A DNA stretch of 64,000 nt, from positions 10,853,681-10,917,680 of the forward strand of contig NC_068982.1 in the NCBI RefSeq assembly GCF_001194135.2, in the 5' to 3' direction. Below are positions 37,958 through 50,211 of the stretch, piece after piece (the stretch's first letter is position 1; each line of letters begins with the position of its first letter). The DNA comes from Octopus bimaculoides (taxonomy: Eukaryota). The position numbers and the translations under genes are program-made. The notes beneath the pieces are model-generated. The model was not told the origin of the DNA, searched no databases, and worked only from the letters and a program-made list of their open reading frames with translations.

Positions 37958-38544
37958 GGATCTTTTTTAAAACGGGGGCCACATTTTTCATTAACGAAAC
38001 ACTTTGAAACTTGGAACACTGGTAGAATGTGTCATATAAAACATCTTTTTCTCTTAGTCTTCTTTAAAAAAAAAGAAATCCATAAGTTATTCCATGTTGA
38101 AGTTGTCGTATTTCTGTAATTTCAACCAATCACTGACGTCCATTCAGCCGATATACATTAAGTGCCGACTACATAAACAAACGATTCTGAAACAATTAAC
38201 CCTAACTCTAACCCTAACCCTACGGTTAGGATTAGGGTTAGGGTTAGGGTTAAAGCAAATTTAAAATGAAAAAAACCAATTAAAACGAAGGTATGGAGAT
38301 TAAATACGCTTTACATCGCTTAATCAGCCAAAGGAATAAATGTAAACAACTGAATACTTTTCAGTGATTGGTTGAAATTATCGAAATAAGACAATTTTTT
38401 ACATGAAATAAATTCGAATACAAAAATATTTTTCTGTTCTATAACACAAAATAGATAAGTATACGAAGTTTGAAAGTCTTTCCGTACCAAAAACACTACG
38501 TAAAACATTAATGAAAAATGTGGCCCCCGTTTTAAAATAGATCC
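37958..38544. mobile_element. Non-autonomous TIR element (MITE) with internal inverted repeats and a central telomeric palindrome
   Basis: 37-bp TIRs, 36/37 identical (37958-37994 and 38508-38544); perfect 20-bp inner IR (38117-38136 and 38361-38380); (CCCTAA)n-(TTAGGG)n at 38196-38253. Confidence 0.88.
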
Positions 38545-39383
38545 GAATTAATACGTTAATGAGAGGTGGAGAAACACAGAGAGATGTTGCTTAAAGTTTT
38601 AGTTACATATTTAGATATGCATATGTTATGATCTTTATATAAAAGCTATAATACATTTCAATGGGTGTTCTTTCTTTAACAAAGTTCGCACCGATAATAA
38701 CAGAAATTAGTATCGTTAGCTTTAGCGGAAATCAACGTTACTTTCATCCAAACTTTCCTGCAAATATATGTACAGGAGATTGCTATTTCAAGCAGATCAC
38801 TTCACACAATGCAGTCTTAAAATGTAAGGACATACATTAGATAAAGCAGTCCAGATGTTTTATGAGTGGGAAATAAGACGAACCGTTTTCCAAGATCAAA
38901 TGACGTGAGTACGACAAAGAATAGAATGATTATTCTATTTATTTTAATACTGATGCGCTAATCGGCGTCTTGGACAATATGCATTGAATAACGTTTTTAT
39001 AGCACTACAGTGTATATTTGTTAAAATAGTGTAAGTCTTAACTGTTTAATCACCTGGGCAATTGTTTAGGCGATCTTTCCCAGGACAGCGATGGCGAAAG
39101 CTTCTACGGCTAAAAGAGATGTATTTTATCTTACATTTTACTTTATGAAAAACGCGCTGCTACCATATCAATGATTACTGAAGTAATATAAGTGTCAGTA
39201 AAATGCAATAAATGCAAATCGGATCGTTCACGCTTAATTAAAACCTTAATGAGATTAACCATAGATGTTTTGTGTGAACACTTGTCATGCTGATATGCTG
39301 CTCAATCAGACGAGCTGTCCCAAAGCAGATATAATCTTAAGTATACTTGTGTTGTATTTATTTGCCAATATAAATCAAATGTT

Positions 39384-39595
39384 AAAGCGGCGAGCTGGCA
39401 GAAACGTTAGCACGCCGGGCGAAATGCTTAGCAGTATTTTGTCTGTCTTTACGTTCTGAGTTCAAATTCCGCTGAGGTCAACTTTGCTTTCATTCTTTTG
39501 GGTCGGTAAATTAAGTACCAGTTATGTACTGAGGTCGATCTAATCGACTGGCCCCTTCCCCAAAAATTTCTGTCCTTGTGCCTAGAGTAGAAACA
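39384..39595 (+). mobile_element. SINE family A (tail 2), full length
   Basis: Full head, body and tail; imperfect 17-bp TSD aatataaa(tc/ct)aaatgtt. Confidence 0.93.
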
Positions 39596-39621
39596 AATAT
39601 AAACTAAATGTTTTCAAAATA

Positions 39622-39840
39622 CTGTAATCCCTCGATTATTGCGGGTGATACGTTCCAAAACCTCCTGCGATAGGTGAAAATCCGCAAAGTAGAAACAGTA
39701 CTGTTCTGTATATTCTTTTTGTTTTTATAATTTGTATATATCTATTTTATTATAAATGCAAAACAACACCATGAAAGAATCGACGTAAGCTTAAATAATA
39801 AACCGCGATAGGTGAACCGCAATATCACGAGGGATTACTG
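39622..39840. mobile_element. pogo/Tigger-like MITE
   Basis: TIRs of about 24 bp c(t/a)gtaatccctcg..attgcgg with TA and CA flanks, similar to MER2/Tigger-type termini. Confidence 0.82.
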
Positions 39841-41048
39841 CATAGAATCCTAGAAAACAGTGGAACTACTGTGTGGACAAGTAGCAATACAAATATTTAA
39901 AACGATGGTTTAAATGTTACGCAATGCAGCGTCACATGAATCTAGCGTCTGGAGAGATTCAATATTTATTTGTGCTATCTTAATAGATTGGGAATCGTAA
40001 GACTGAAGGATAATTATTACAACACTGAAGAATAAGAGAAAATGATGACGTAGGGAGGTCGAAAGAGCGGTGACAAATGTCATTGGATTGTTGGGGTTAC
40101 TGTTAAATGGGAAAATAAAACAAAGTAAATATTCTTTACCAAGAGAAAGTGAGAAAGAATTTGCACAACAGAGCTTGTGTTAACAGAAGTTTGGTTCAAA
40201 CATACGTGTACACTTTTATGCTTTATATTTTGTTACATTTATATTTCAGATCATTTTACAGTAACTTGTACCAAATTCGGTAAAATAATCTTCCGGCAAG
40301 CATATTTAAATTCTACTTTGCTTTTCGGTCTCTGAGTAAATAAGTAAATAATTACAATAGTAAACGAATACTAATAACAAATCGAAACGGAAATAGCTCA
40401 ACATGTCCGTTTCATTTGCAAATATTAGTTCTTATAAAGTGGCATTACAAAGCATTGGCGATATTATATTTATTTCAATTGTTACTGAAGAACACTGACT
40501 GGTATACAGCGGGTTTTGTCTTCACTTTCGTGGGGGGCTAATTACTTCATTCATACAACGCAGTGGGTGGCTTTCATTGCATTAACGAATCATCGGTAAA
40601 TGGGAGTTATTTAAAGAATATACTGCATGGATTTCATATTCGGTATTAACGATTGAAACTTGAGAAGTCATTTACGACCATCTCTTACAATAATTCGATT
40701 TATCAGTGAAAATAAAGGAATTACTCAAGCTGTGAGTATTATGTGTGTTATCTGATAAATTCAGAAATCATTAAAAAAGAAACAGAATGCTCACAAAAGG
40801 AAAATCACGTGTCGCAGATGATTATGTGGTTCAGAAATTTGGCTCGCAAGACCGAAATTCAAGGCTTGATCTCAATGCAACGTACACTTGGCAAATGAAT
40901 TCAAAAATAGTCTCATGGTATCTAATACTTTTTAAGGGAAACTGTGCGGAATATACAAATACAATCTATTGTATATGTGTCTGTGTGAGCGCGTACACTT
41001 GTGTGTACGTTCGAGTGTTGTATAAGCAATGAAAGAAAAATGGCATAA

Positions 41049-41238
<190 letters not shown>

Positions 41239-41542
41239 TGTGACACTTAAAGGAGTATGCAACTTCCTATAATAATTTTATATGAACTTATTCTATCTAA
41301 ACCCGAAAACTAAACCTATATCTACAAAACAGCTTATGGGCAACCATTAAGATACGCAAACACTTATTTATATATAATCCATAGATGGAATTTATAAATA
41401 TAGTAATGCAACGCTACGCGCGTTTCCACATATTGAATATTTCTTACATTATATCGACACAATTCCGTACAACTCCATGAAACTGCTATTGCAAGTTGGT
41501 GTCATTAAGCTGTAGCCGACAAAATAACATATCAGCTTTCAT

Positions 41543-41920
41543 ATGCCAGCTTGAAAACGTCTCCTCTTAACGAACTTAAAGGATATTATATATATATATA
41601 TATATATATATACGGTTGTAGGAGACACGTTAATCTCACTGGCTTCACTTACTTGTGCAGTGATTTCATTTGCTTTCAGGCGCCTATTTTGAAGACTGGT
41701 AACTCTGATGAACTTATCCTGTGATTTAGAAGTCACTTTTGGACGACCTGACTAAGCTCTGTCGTTATTTTTTCCTGTTTTATTATACCTTATGATGGCG
41801 GGGCGGACGGCAGTGTAGGAAACGCTTACTATTTTGGCTATCTCACGAAAACTATAGCCTTCACTACGTATTGTTACAGTGTTTTCTCTTTTCAGGTGAG
41901 AAATTACTGGTTTTGCTCAT
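41543..41920 (-). pseudogene. Tc1-family transposase N-terminal (paired-like HTH) fossil
   Basis: From ATG 41920 across lesions: EGYSFREIAKIVSVSYTAV..AIIRYNKTG..SGRPKVTSKSQDKFIRVTSLQNRRLKANEI..VSPTTV; interrupted by (TA)n at about 41583-41613. Confidence 0.88.
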
Positions 41921-42287
41921 ATTTAGGTTTATTTTTAGAAATCTGACTTATTTGACTTATTTTTAATAATTGAACCTGAAGTGATATTATCTCAACCGAC
42001 AGCAGTTAAAGAGTACAAATTATTAAGATGTATTGCAATGTTGCCAAAAAGTGGATGCTAAAATGCTTTGCACAACATTCCCAAATAGGCTTACCGTCAG
42101 GAAATATGATTATTTGCCTATAAAATGTGTCTAAATAGTGTTATTTTATATCGAATAAACCCCATACTTTATGCAATATGTTATTCCATATTTTTATACC
42201 AAAATAATTATCTAAATCGATGGCATTGAACTAAAAATTCCACTTTGAAACAAATTTTTGTAAGTGATATTAAACTGTTGGATAGTA

Positions 42288-42327
<40 letters not shown>

Positions 42328-42329
<2 letters not shown>

Positions 42330-42572
42330 TGCCGGTGGCACCTAAAAAGCACTATCCGAACGTGGTCGATGCCAGTGCACCCTGACTGGTTCCCGTGCCG
42401 GTGGCATGTAAATAGGACCTATTACACTCTCGGAGTGGTTGGCGTTAGGAAGGGCATCCAGATGTGGAAACCTTGCCAGATTAGATGGGAGCCCGGTGCA
42501 GACTACCGGCTTGCCTGTACTCAGTCTAACCGTCCAACCCATGCTAGCGTGGAAAGCGGACGTTAAACGACG
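42328..42572 (+). mobile_element. 3' end of an RTE-like non-LTR retrotransposon (or a SINE tail derived from it)
   Basis: ggttggcgttaggaagggcatccag...ccaacccatgctagcgtggaaagcggacgttaaacga resembles RTE-clade 3' UTRs from memory; duplicated cgtgccggtggca motif. Confidence 0.6.
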
Positions 42573-42873
42573 TCTGTGTATGTGCGTATGTATGTATGTA
42601 TGTATGTATGTATGCATATGCCTGTGTATGTATGTACGTATGTATGTACGTACGTATGTTTGCATGTATGAATGTATGTATGTATGTATACTTGTTTCTG
42701 GTCATCAATGCTCGAGACACCTCTGGTCGGGCATACTCTTGGCCGCAGATGATAGAGTTACGATAGTCACTTTTATTTATTTGTGGCATATGAGTTCTTC
42801 CATTATATAATCCATTGCTATCGAGTTGCAATTGGTTGGCATTTCTAGCTTGTCGAGTGACATCAAACGAAGA

Positions 42874-42922
<49 letters not shown>

Positions 42923-43410
42923 ATATATATATCAGCGCAAATGAAACCTACAATTTATAACACACATATGCACACCTATTCATTTATTTATTTTTATTTT
43001 TTTTCACTTTATCTTTATTTACTTTCAACATATTCTTAACATCTGTTTCCATTCCGATTAAACTTTTACTAATTTTTTGCTTTTTTTTTTTAACATTAGC
43101 CTATATTTATACACAGCAGCACATTCCTATCACATACGCAGATATTCCCTCTATATTTTATCTTTACCAATCCCATTTCTCGTTCCATGCTTAATTTTAT
43201 TTATCCAGTGTATATTCACTTAATTCGACGTTATCTGTTTGCATATTTTCACTTCAAACATTTATCTCTTGCATTTGCTAACTCTCACTCCTCACTCTCA
43301 CTCTCGTCAATCATTCATCACAGCATCTATATTCTTATATCTATCTCTTCCATCATTGCCTTACATAGTTTTTTCTCTTTTTTTTTCTATTTGTTATTAT
43401 TAAAATATTT

Positions 43411-43622
43411 TCAGGCGGTGAGCTGGCAGAATCGATAGCACGCCGTGCCAAATGTTTGGCGGTATTTCGTCTGTCTTCGTGTTCTGAGTTCAAATTCCGC
43501 CGGTGTCGACATTGCTTTCATCCCTTCGGGGCCGATGAAATAAGTTGCAGCTGAGTACTAGGGTCGATGTAATCGATTATCCCCCAAATTTCAAGCCTTG
43601 TATCTATAGTAGAGAGGATCAC
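43411..43622 (+). mobile_element. SINE family A
   Basis: Full head and body; 10-bp TSD taaaatattt. Confidence 0.88.
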
Positions 43623-43640
43623 TAAAATATTTGGAATGTT

Positions 43641-43858
43641 AAGGTGGCGAACTGGCAAAACTGTTAGCATGCCGGGCGAAATACTTAGCAGTATTTCATC
43701 TGTCTTTACGTTCTGAGTTCAAATTTTGCCGAGGTCGACGTTGCCTTTCATCTTTTCGGGGTCGATAAATTAAGTACCAGTTGCGTACTGGGTCGATCTA
43801 ATCGACTGACCCCTTCCCCAAAAGTTTTGGGCCTTGTGCCTAGAGTAGAAAAAAATAT
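43641..43858 (+). mobile_element. SINE family A (tail 2), independent neighbouring insertion
   Basis: Complete head and its own TSD ata(t/c)ttggaatgtt. Confidence 0.9.
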
Positions 43859-44340
43859 ATATACTTGGAATGTTGTCTATTTTCAGAATCGTTCGAGCGC
43901 TAGCCTTGCAGTACTTCTGATTTGTTACATTCTAAGGTCAAATTCCGACAAGGCTACCTCTACTCTTCATTCTTTCCCCCAATATTTGCCTATTTTAGAA
44001 AGAACTATTAAAATATTCTGTCATTAATTCTACACGAAGCTGCGTTAGATAAAATATCATTTATAATATATCATTTATAATGTATTTACAAACATAAAAC
44101 AGCGCTTGTCGGATTTTGTCGAAGAGCATCTTTGGAGACTTTGTGTTATCGACACAGCTCGCACCGAAAGACGTCATCGGAGATTCAAACGCCAGGTTTT
44201 AGCTTAGTTTTGCCTCCAAAGTTACTGGTCTCCCACTGCCATTTGGAGGTAGAGTGAAACTTTTGTTGCTGTACATAAATCAGCGAACGAAACATTTTCT
44301 TTGGAACTTGTCCAAGTTTAATTTAACGGTTACGATGATT

Positions 44341-44635
44341 AGGGCTTCAGTCGATCCGATCAACGGAATAGCCTGCTCTTGGAATTAACTTGCAAGTGAC
44401 TGAGCACTCCACGGACACGTATACGCTCGACATATTTCTCATGGAGATTCAGCATGACACATAATGTGACAAGCCTGCCTCTTTGAAATACAAGTACTAC
44501 TCATTTTTACCAGCTGAGTGGAGTGGAGTGGAGCAACGTCAAATAAAGCGTCATTCTCAAGGACAGAACACGCCATCAGAAATCGAACTCACAACCTTTC
44601 GATCGTGAGCCGAATACCCTAACCACTAAGCCACG
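44341..44635 (-). mobile_element. SINE family C (C2)
   Basis: Aligns to 13801-14114. Confidence 0.88.
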
Positions 44636-45950
44636 AATATCCTATCACTAGGTTAAGTTGCTATACGCGACTGAAACGGCCAAAACGGTTTTTAATTCAG
44701 CAAATGTTCTCAGTTCTTAGCAAAAAATCTCACTAGACATCTGCATTTATATTGTTTTTCAGATTATAATCCCTGAAAATAAATATTTCTTCTAAATAAT
44801 AACTACTACTATAACATTTTTCCCTCTCCTTATTTTCAATAATTGTCATCTTCCTCTCTGTGCCTTTCTACATACTATTTTATGCTCCACAGTAACTACT
44901 TACTCTGCTTTCTTGTTTAGTTCCTACTCAATTATATACATAGGTCATATTAACAAATAAATTATACTATCAGTAGAAGAACCTCAATATGAATGTTCAT
45001 CTTTTTCTGCCCCTTCACAATATGTTCGATATTTAACTCTATCTTTTTTTCCAAAGCTCTATATGTTTACTAAATATTCTCTACGTTGTTTCTCCGTTAC
45101 GTTAGTTTGACAGGACAGAATCAAACCAATCTGCATATATTATGAATATATTTATTATTGATTATTTTCCTCTTTTGCATCCTTTTCTTTGAGATTAGCC
45201 GCTATTTTTACAATTAACTTTTCATATATATATATATATATACACGTGTGTGTGCGTGTGTACGTTTGTATGCACACACATACACGTTTGTATAAATAGT
45301 ATTTCCCTGTAGTGGCCTCTTTCTTTCAATTTTTTTTCAAATCTGCTTCGTTCTTCCTATTTTGTTTCTGCTCTGACAGTTGCACATTTCATTTGCTAAT
45401 TTTTCTTGCCTCCACCAGCTGACATTTCTGTTCTCTAAGGTTTCTACTTGAAACCTTTGGCTTCTCTTTTTTCTCGAGATATAAATTTTATTTCACTCTT
45501 TGAATTAATAACGTTTAGATAGACTTTAAAAATAATACTGATAATAGAGAAGTTACCTGCTGGTTTTCAAAATCCAGTAAACATGTTTCTCATAACTTTA
45601 ATCCCCCAAATTGTACAACAAAGCTATATATTTTTGCTGAGATGACTTTATAGTTATGATCATTTTTTTAATATTTTCTCATCGATGGATGTGTTATCAA
45701 CAAATGTTTCGATCGATATTCTTGGCAATACTCTACCGATTATATTCTTGAGCTAAGGAATTGAAAAACTGTTTCCAAATTCAATTGCCGGCCTGATTCA
45801 GGAATATATTCTAGTGACAAGTGAAATGAAGTCTGCCAAAAACTTTCTCTTAGCAACACATCCAAGGTGAAAGCATGGTATGAAAAGCAGACATCACTAA
45901 AAACTCCTTTGCTTCATCGATATTTCTTGTTTAATATATATTTGATTAAT

Positions 45951-46230
45951 GGCCCCCTTCCCAAAAAGTTCGGGCCTTGTGCCTAGAGTAGAAAAGAACA
46001 TATATTTGATTAATGGCGGCGAGCTGGCAGAAATTTTAACACGCCGGGCGAAATACTTAGAAATGCTTTCGTCTGTCTTTACGTTCTGAGTTCAAATTCC
46101 ACCGTGGTCGACTTTGCGTTTCATACTTTTGGAGTCGATAAATTAAGTCCTAGTTGCGTACTGGAGTCGATCTAATCGACTGGCCCCCTCCCCCATAATT
46201 TCGGGCCTTGTGCTTAGAGTAGAAAAGAGT
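45951..46230 (+). mobile_element. 5'-truncated plus full-length SINE A in tandem
   Basis: Tail fragment 45951-45999 and full copy 46015-46230, bounded by three copies of atatatttgatta. Confidence 0.9.
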
Positions 46231-47104
46231 ATATATTTGATTAGCTTCGGAATTGTAATTAAGTATGATAATTGGTAATGATAGTTGTAGAACGAAATTT
46301 TGTAGATGACATTTACAATTTTAATGAATCAAAAAAGATGGAACTGTTTATTCTAAACCTTATTACAAGTTTTAATTTGTTTTAATATTGCAGAAGCTTA
46401 GTCAGAGGAACAGAAGTACGCATGACATTTTTGCAGAGTTTATCTGATTGCACTTGAAATGGTTGAAAATACTGAGAGTTCAAATACTTGCAACAAAGTG
46501 AACTTCACAAAAGCAATTAAAGAATTTAGTGATGTTAGTGGAACCTTCTGTCATCTCCTTCAAAGCCAAGTGCTGTATAAATGAGAATCTTGTCTTTGAA
46601 AAATAAGAAAATTAATTTTAAACGCACAAAATCTTAAAGGCTTTATCGTTGCTTCTATTCTACTTTTTTTTTCGGCATCAGAGACAAATTAATTCAATAG
46701 TTTGCTTTGTATTTTAAAGAAAGAAGGTTTTGTTTTTTAAAGAAAGGTTTTTTTGCGGGAGATTCGGTTGCTGTGTCTAGCAGAATTAGTTCCATCGTTG
46801 ATTCTCCATTGAAAGTTTCTATCGAAATTGATTTGTAAACGTTTCCAGTTGAAGAAAGCATGGAATAAAAGGAAAACTACTCAAAGTGCAAATTCCGACG
46901 GAAACTGACCTTTCGATTCAAATGCATTTCTGTTTTAACAAAACAACGAATTGGATTCTTAAGACTCCACTTAATTCTTGATCTTCATAAAATAAGTGAT
47001 AATGCAGCAATGAAGTGTTTTTTGTTGACATTTTGCAATTTGGGGGATAATTTAAACTCGGATCCGCAGGTTAACGAATCGGTTATTAAAATTATATGAG
47101 TAAT

Positions 47105-47160
47105 GGTGGTGCTCTAGCATGGCCGCAGTCAAATGACTGAAACAAGTAATAGAGTAAAAA
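47105..47160 (+). mobile_element. SINE B-type 3' tail fragment
   Basis: ggtgctctagcatggccgcagtcaaatgactgaaacaagtaa. Confidence 0.8.
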
Positions 47161-48203
47161 AATGGAAAGGAAGAAACGTGGAACAAATTTCCTTTCAGTA
47201 TTTAATTAACGCTACGTATGTACCGAGTTCATATCTCATTAGGATCTTTCTTACCTTGTATCCAACCGCTGCAACAATAAATACCAATTAAGTACTGGAA
47301 TTGATTGAATCGAATATAATCCCCTCTCAAATCCATGGTCTCACACTTAACTAACTAATTATCATGATATATGCGCTATAATATTAATTAGACACACTTT
47401 TCATTCTACGCTGCCTAAGTTACGTAAAGCAAAAGATGTGGCGTCTGACAAAATACTAAACTTCGCTTCATTGGTTGAGTATCTCTCGGTCGACTCGCCA
47501 TGACTTCAGCTAAGTACAAGTCTGTCAAATTTGTAAAACACTATTTTCATGCTGACTGTTGAATTACGCATTATATTTACAATAATTATATCTTCGAGAG
47601 AATTGTAATCAGCTTATATCCAACGTTTGTATTTTCTTCAGGACCTGTAAGTTAGGTTGTCGGGAGGGTGTACAACCATTACCTTAATTTAGATAAAGTT
47701 TATGTTAAAATAATGACATTAATTGAGATGTCAAGAGCAGAGATGTCTTTGTAGCTTATGATTGGTTGTAACTAACACCGTTCAGGCAAAGATATGTGGT
47801 AGCTATTCACGTGTTAATTTGTGTGTGAGTTGACACCAAATAGTTTTCTTCTATTGTAACTCTTTTGAACCGAATGATAACCGTTTCGATAAATTTCATG
47901 AAATCTTTTAAGTTCTTTATCTCTTTAGCCGCTGTAATATAAATATAATTTACGTTTTTAGTGCATTAAAATTTAATGATTTTACTTTTTAATAGCAGTT
48001 AACTATATAATTATTCTGTATAAAAAAAAAAACAAATGAAGATCTTGGAGTTCTGTATGGCGTCTTTTATTCATGTAAGTTTCTTAAGTTTCGTCATAAA
48101 GTTCTAACTAATAATCAACCTGAAAGTTAGAAAACTATTGCTTCTTCCTGGAGAAAGCTAATTTCTCAACCTTATGTTATAGTTATTCTGTAAGCAAGAG
48201 AAG

Positions 48204-48258
<55 letters not shown>

Positions 48259-49068
48259 TTGTTTATAGAATCGTATGTGTTGTGTAAAATCTAACCTTCA
48301 GTTGCCAATTTCATTGCCATACATTTCGAGCAGCGTTTACTCAAATTCGCATTAAAAGTTTTAAAATATCCTTGTATCTTCATATTCTGTAAATTTTAAT
48401 TGAATTCTTTCAAATTTTGAATTAACTTCCATCTTTTTTTTTTATTATCTTTTGCACATAATAATAGCAATCGATTTTCTCTATTGTAAAACTTGTTGCC
48501 TATAGGTCTTGCCTTTGGTTAAATTATGCACCAAAATCTGAAAATAGCATTAGATGTCTGTGAGTCTTAGCGGGGAATAAATTATGCACCAAAATACAGT
48601 GCTATTTTTTTGAGATATTATTGGAAATTTTGTTTCAGTCTTTGCGTTCATCATTTTGACGACAAAAACAAAACTGGTTTCCCTCTAAAAACCCAGAGAA
48701 AAAGTTATATAATGAATCGAGAAAAAAGCTACATAGAAATTGAGAACGCTAAAACAAACACAAAATAAAATCACAAGAGAGCTGTGCATATTTAAATAAT
48801 GAGAAGCTGTATTTTCCGTTTGCATCAAAGAAATTCTTATGGTGGAGTATTTTTGTAGGTAGCAAAATGTAATCAGATCGAATCTTTACCATTTCGTTTC
48901 CACACAATGTCAAAACCAAATAGCAGTAAAGTAAAGCCAATTTGATTTAAAAGAAAAGTATATATGATTACTTCACAGTTCATAAATTGAACAAGTAAAA
49001 GAGTAAAAGAGTAGATATTCCTTGTTAAACACGTTTTATTTTCATATCTCTCGACATTTCTAAAATTC

Positions 49069-49104
<36 letters not shown>

Positions 49105-49554
49105 GAGAAGGGGAGAAAGACAAGAAAAGAGAGCGAGCGAAAGATCAGTCGATAGATAGATAGACAGACAGCAGACAGATTCTTAGATGTCTGTCGAACA
49201 TTTACAAATCATGTCTATTACAATCGGAAACTAGTGGCTTGCTTTCGATTATTTAGCGATTACACTCACATATATATATATGTGTGTGTACATGTTTCAA
49301 AATAAGTGTATGCAAGCTTTGCGTCCGTGACATATTGCACTTTTCAAATACTAAACAGACTGAAATAATGAGCTTAGACAATTAAACAAATTTTCTTTCG
49401 GAATAATTTTTTGCTTATTGCTGCATACGAAAGAATTAATTCCACTTGAAGGAAGTAGACGGTGATTCTGCTAAATTGAATAATGAAATATAATTTAGGT
49501 AAGTGTCATTTCTTTCTTTTAGGCAGATGCAATGGAACAGATATTTTGTATATT

Positions 49555-49768
49555 CGTTTCTATTCTAGGCACAAGGCCTGAAATTTTGTCGGGAGGGGAC
49601 CAGTCGGTTAGATCGACTCCAGTGCGCAACTGATAATTAATTTATCGATCCGAATAGGATTGAAGGCAAAGTGGACCTCGGCGGAATTTGAACTCAGAAC
49701 GTAAAGACAGACGAAACACCGCTACGTATTTCGCCCGGCGTGCTGACGTTTCTGCCAGCTCACCGCCT
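49555..49768 (-). mobile_element. SINE family A (tail 2), full length
   Basis: 17-bp TSD cagatattttgtatatt (49538-49554 and 49769-49785). Confidence 0.93.
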
Positions 49769-49791
49769 CAGATATTTTGTATATTATCATA

Positions 49792-50211
49792 TAGACGTAG
49801 GAGTGGCTGTGCGGTAAGTAGCTTGCTTACGAACCACATGGTTCCGAGTTCAGTCCCACTGTGTGGCACCTTGGGCAAGTGTCTTCTACTATAGCCTCGG
49901 GCCGACCAAAGCCTTCTGAGTGGATTTGGTAGACGGAAACTGAAAGAAGCCCGTCGTATATGTGTATATATATGTATGTGTGTGTGTGTATGCGTTTGTG
50001 TGTCTGTGTTTGTCCCCCCAACATCGCTTGACAACCGTTCCTGGTGTGTTTACGTCTCCATAATTTAGTGGTTTGGCGAAAGACCGATAGAATAAGTACT
50101 AGGCTTACATAGAATAAGTCCTGGAGTCGATTTGCTCGACTAAAGGCGGTGCTCCAGCATGGACGCAGTCAAGTGACTGAAACAAGTAAAAGAGTAAAAG
50201 AGTAAAGAGTA
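49792..50211 (+). mobile_element. SINE family B, full-length reference copy
   Basis: A box tggctgtgcggtaag, B box gagttcagtccc, CORE-like ggcaccttgggcaagtg, internal microsatellite and (AAGAGTA)n tail. May correspond to a published octopus OR-type CORE-SINE; the assignment is not checked. Confidence 0.93.

Noticed and set aside
38196-38253. Telomere-telomere fusion scar
   Set aside because: The orientation is (CCCTAA)n then (TTAGGG)n, opposite to a fusion, and it lies inside a TIR element.
44205-44262. Hairpin gcctccaaa...tttggaggt as a possible pre-miRNA
   Set aside because: Only a 9-bp stem with an unpaired loop of about 21 nt; too short for a Drosha substrate.
46393-46590. Acceptor ttgcag followed by a 41-aa ORF
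   Set aside because: Too short and no homology recognised.
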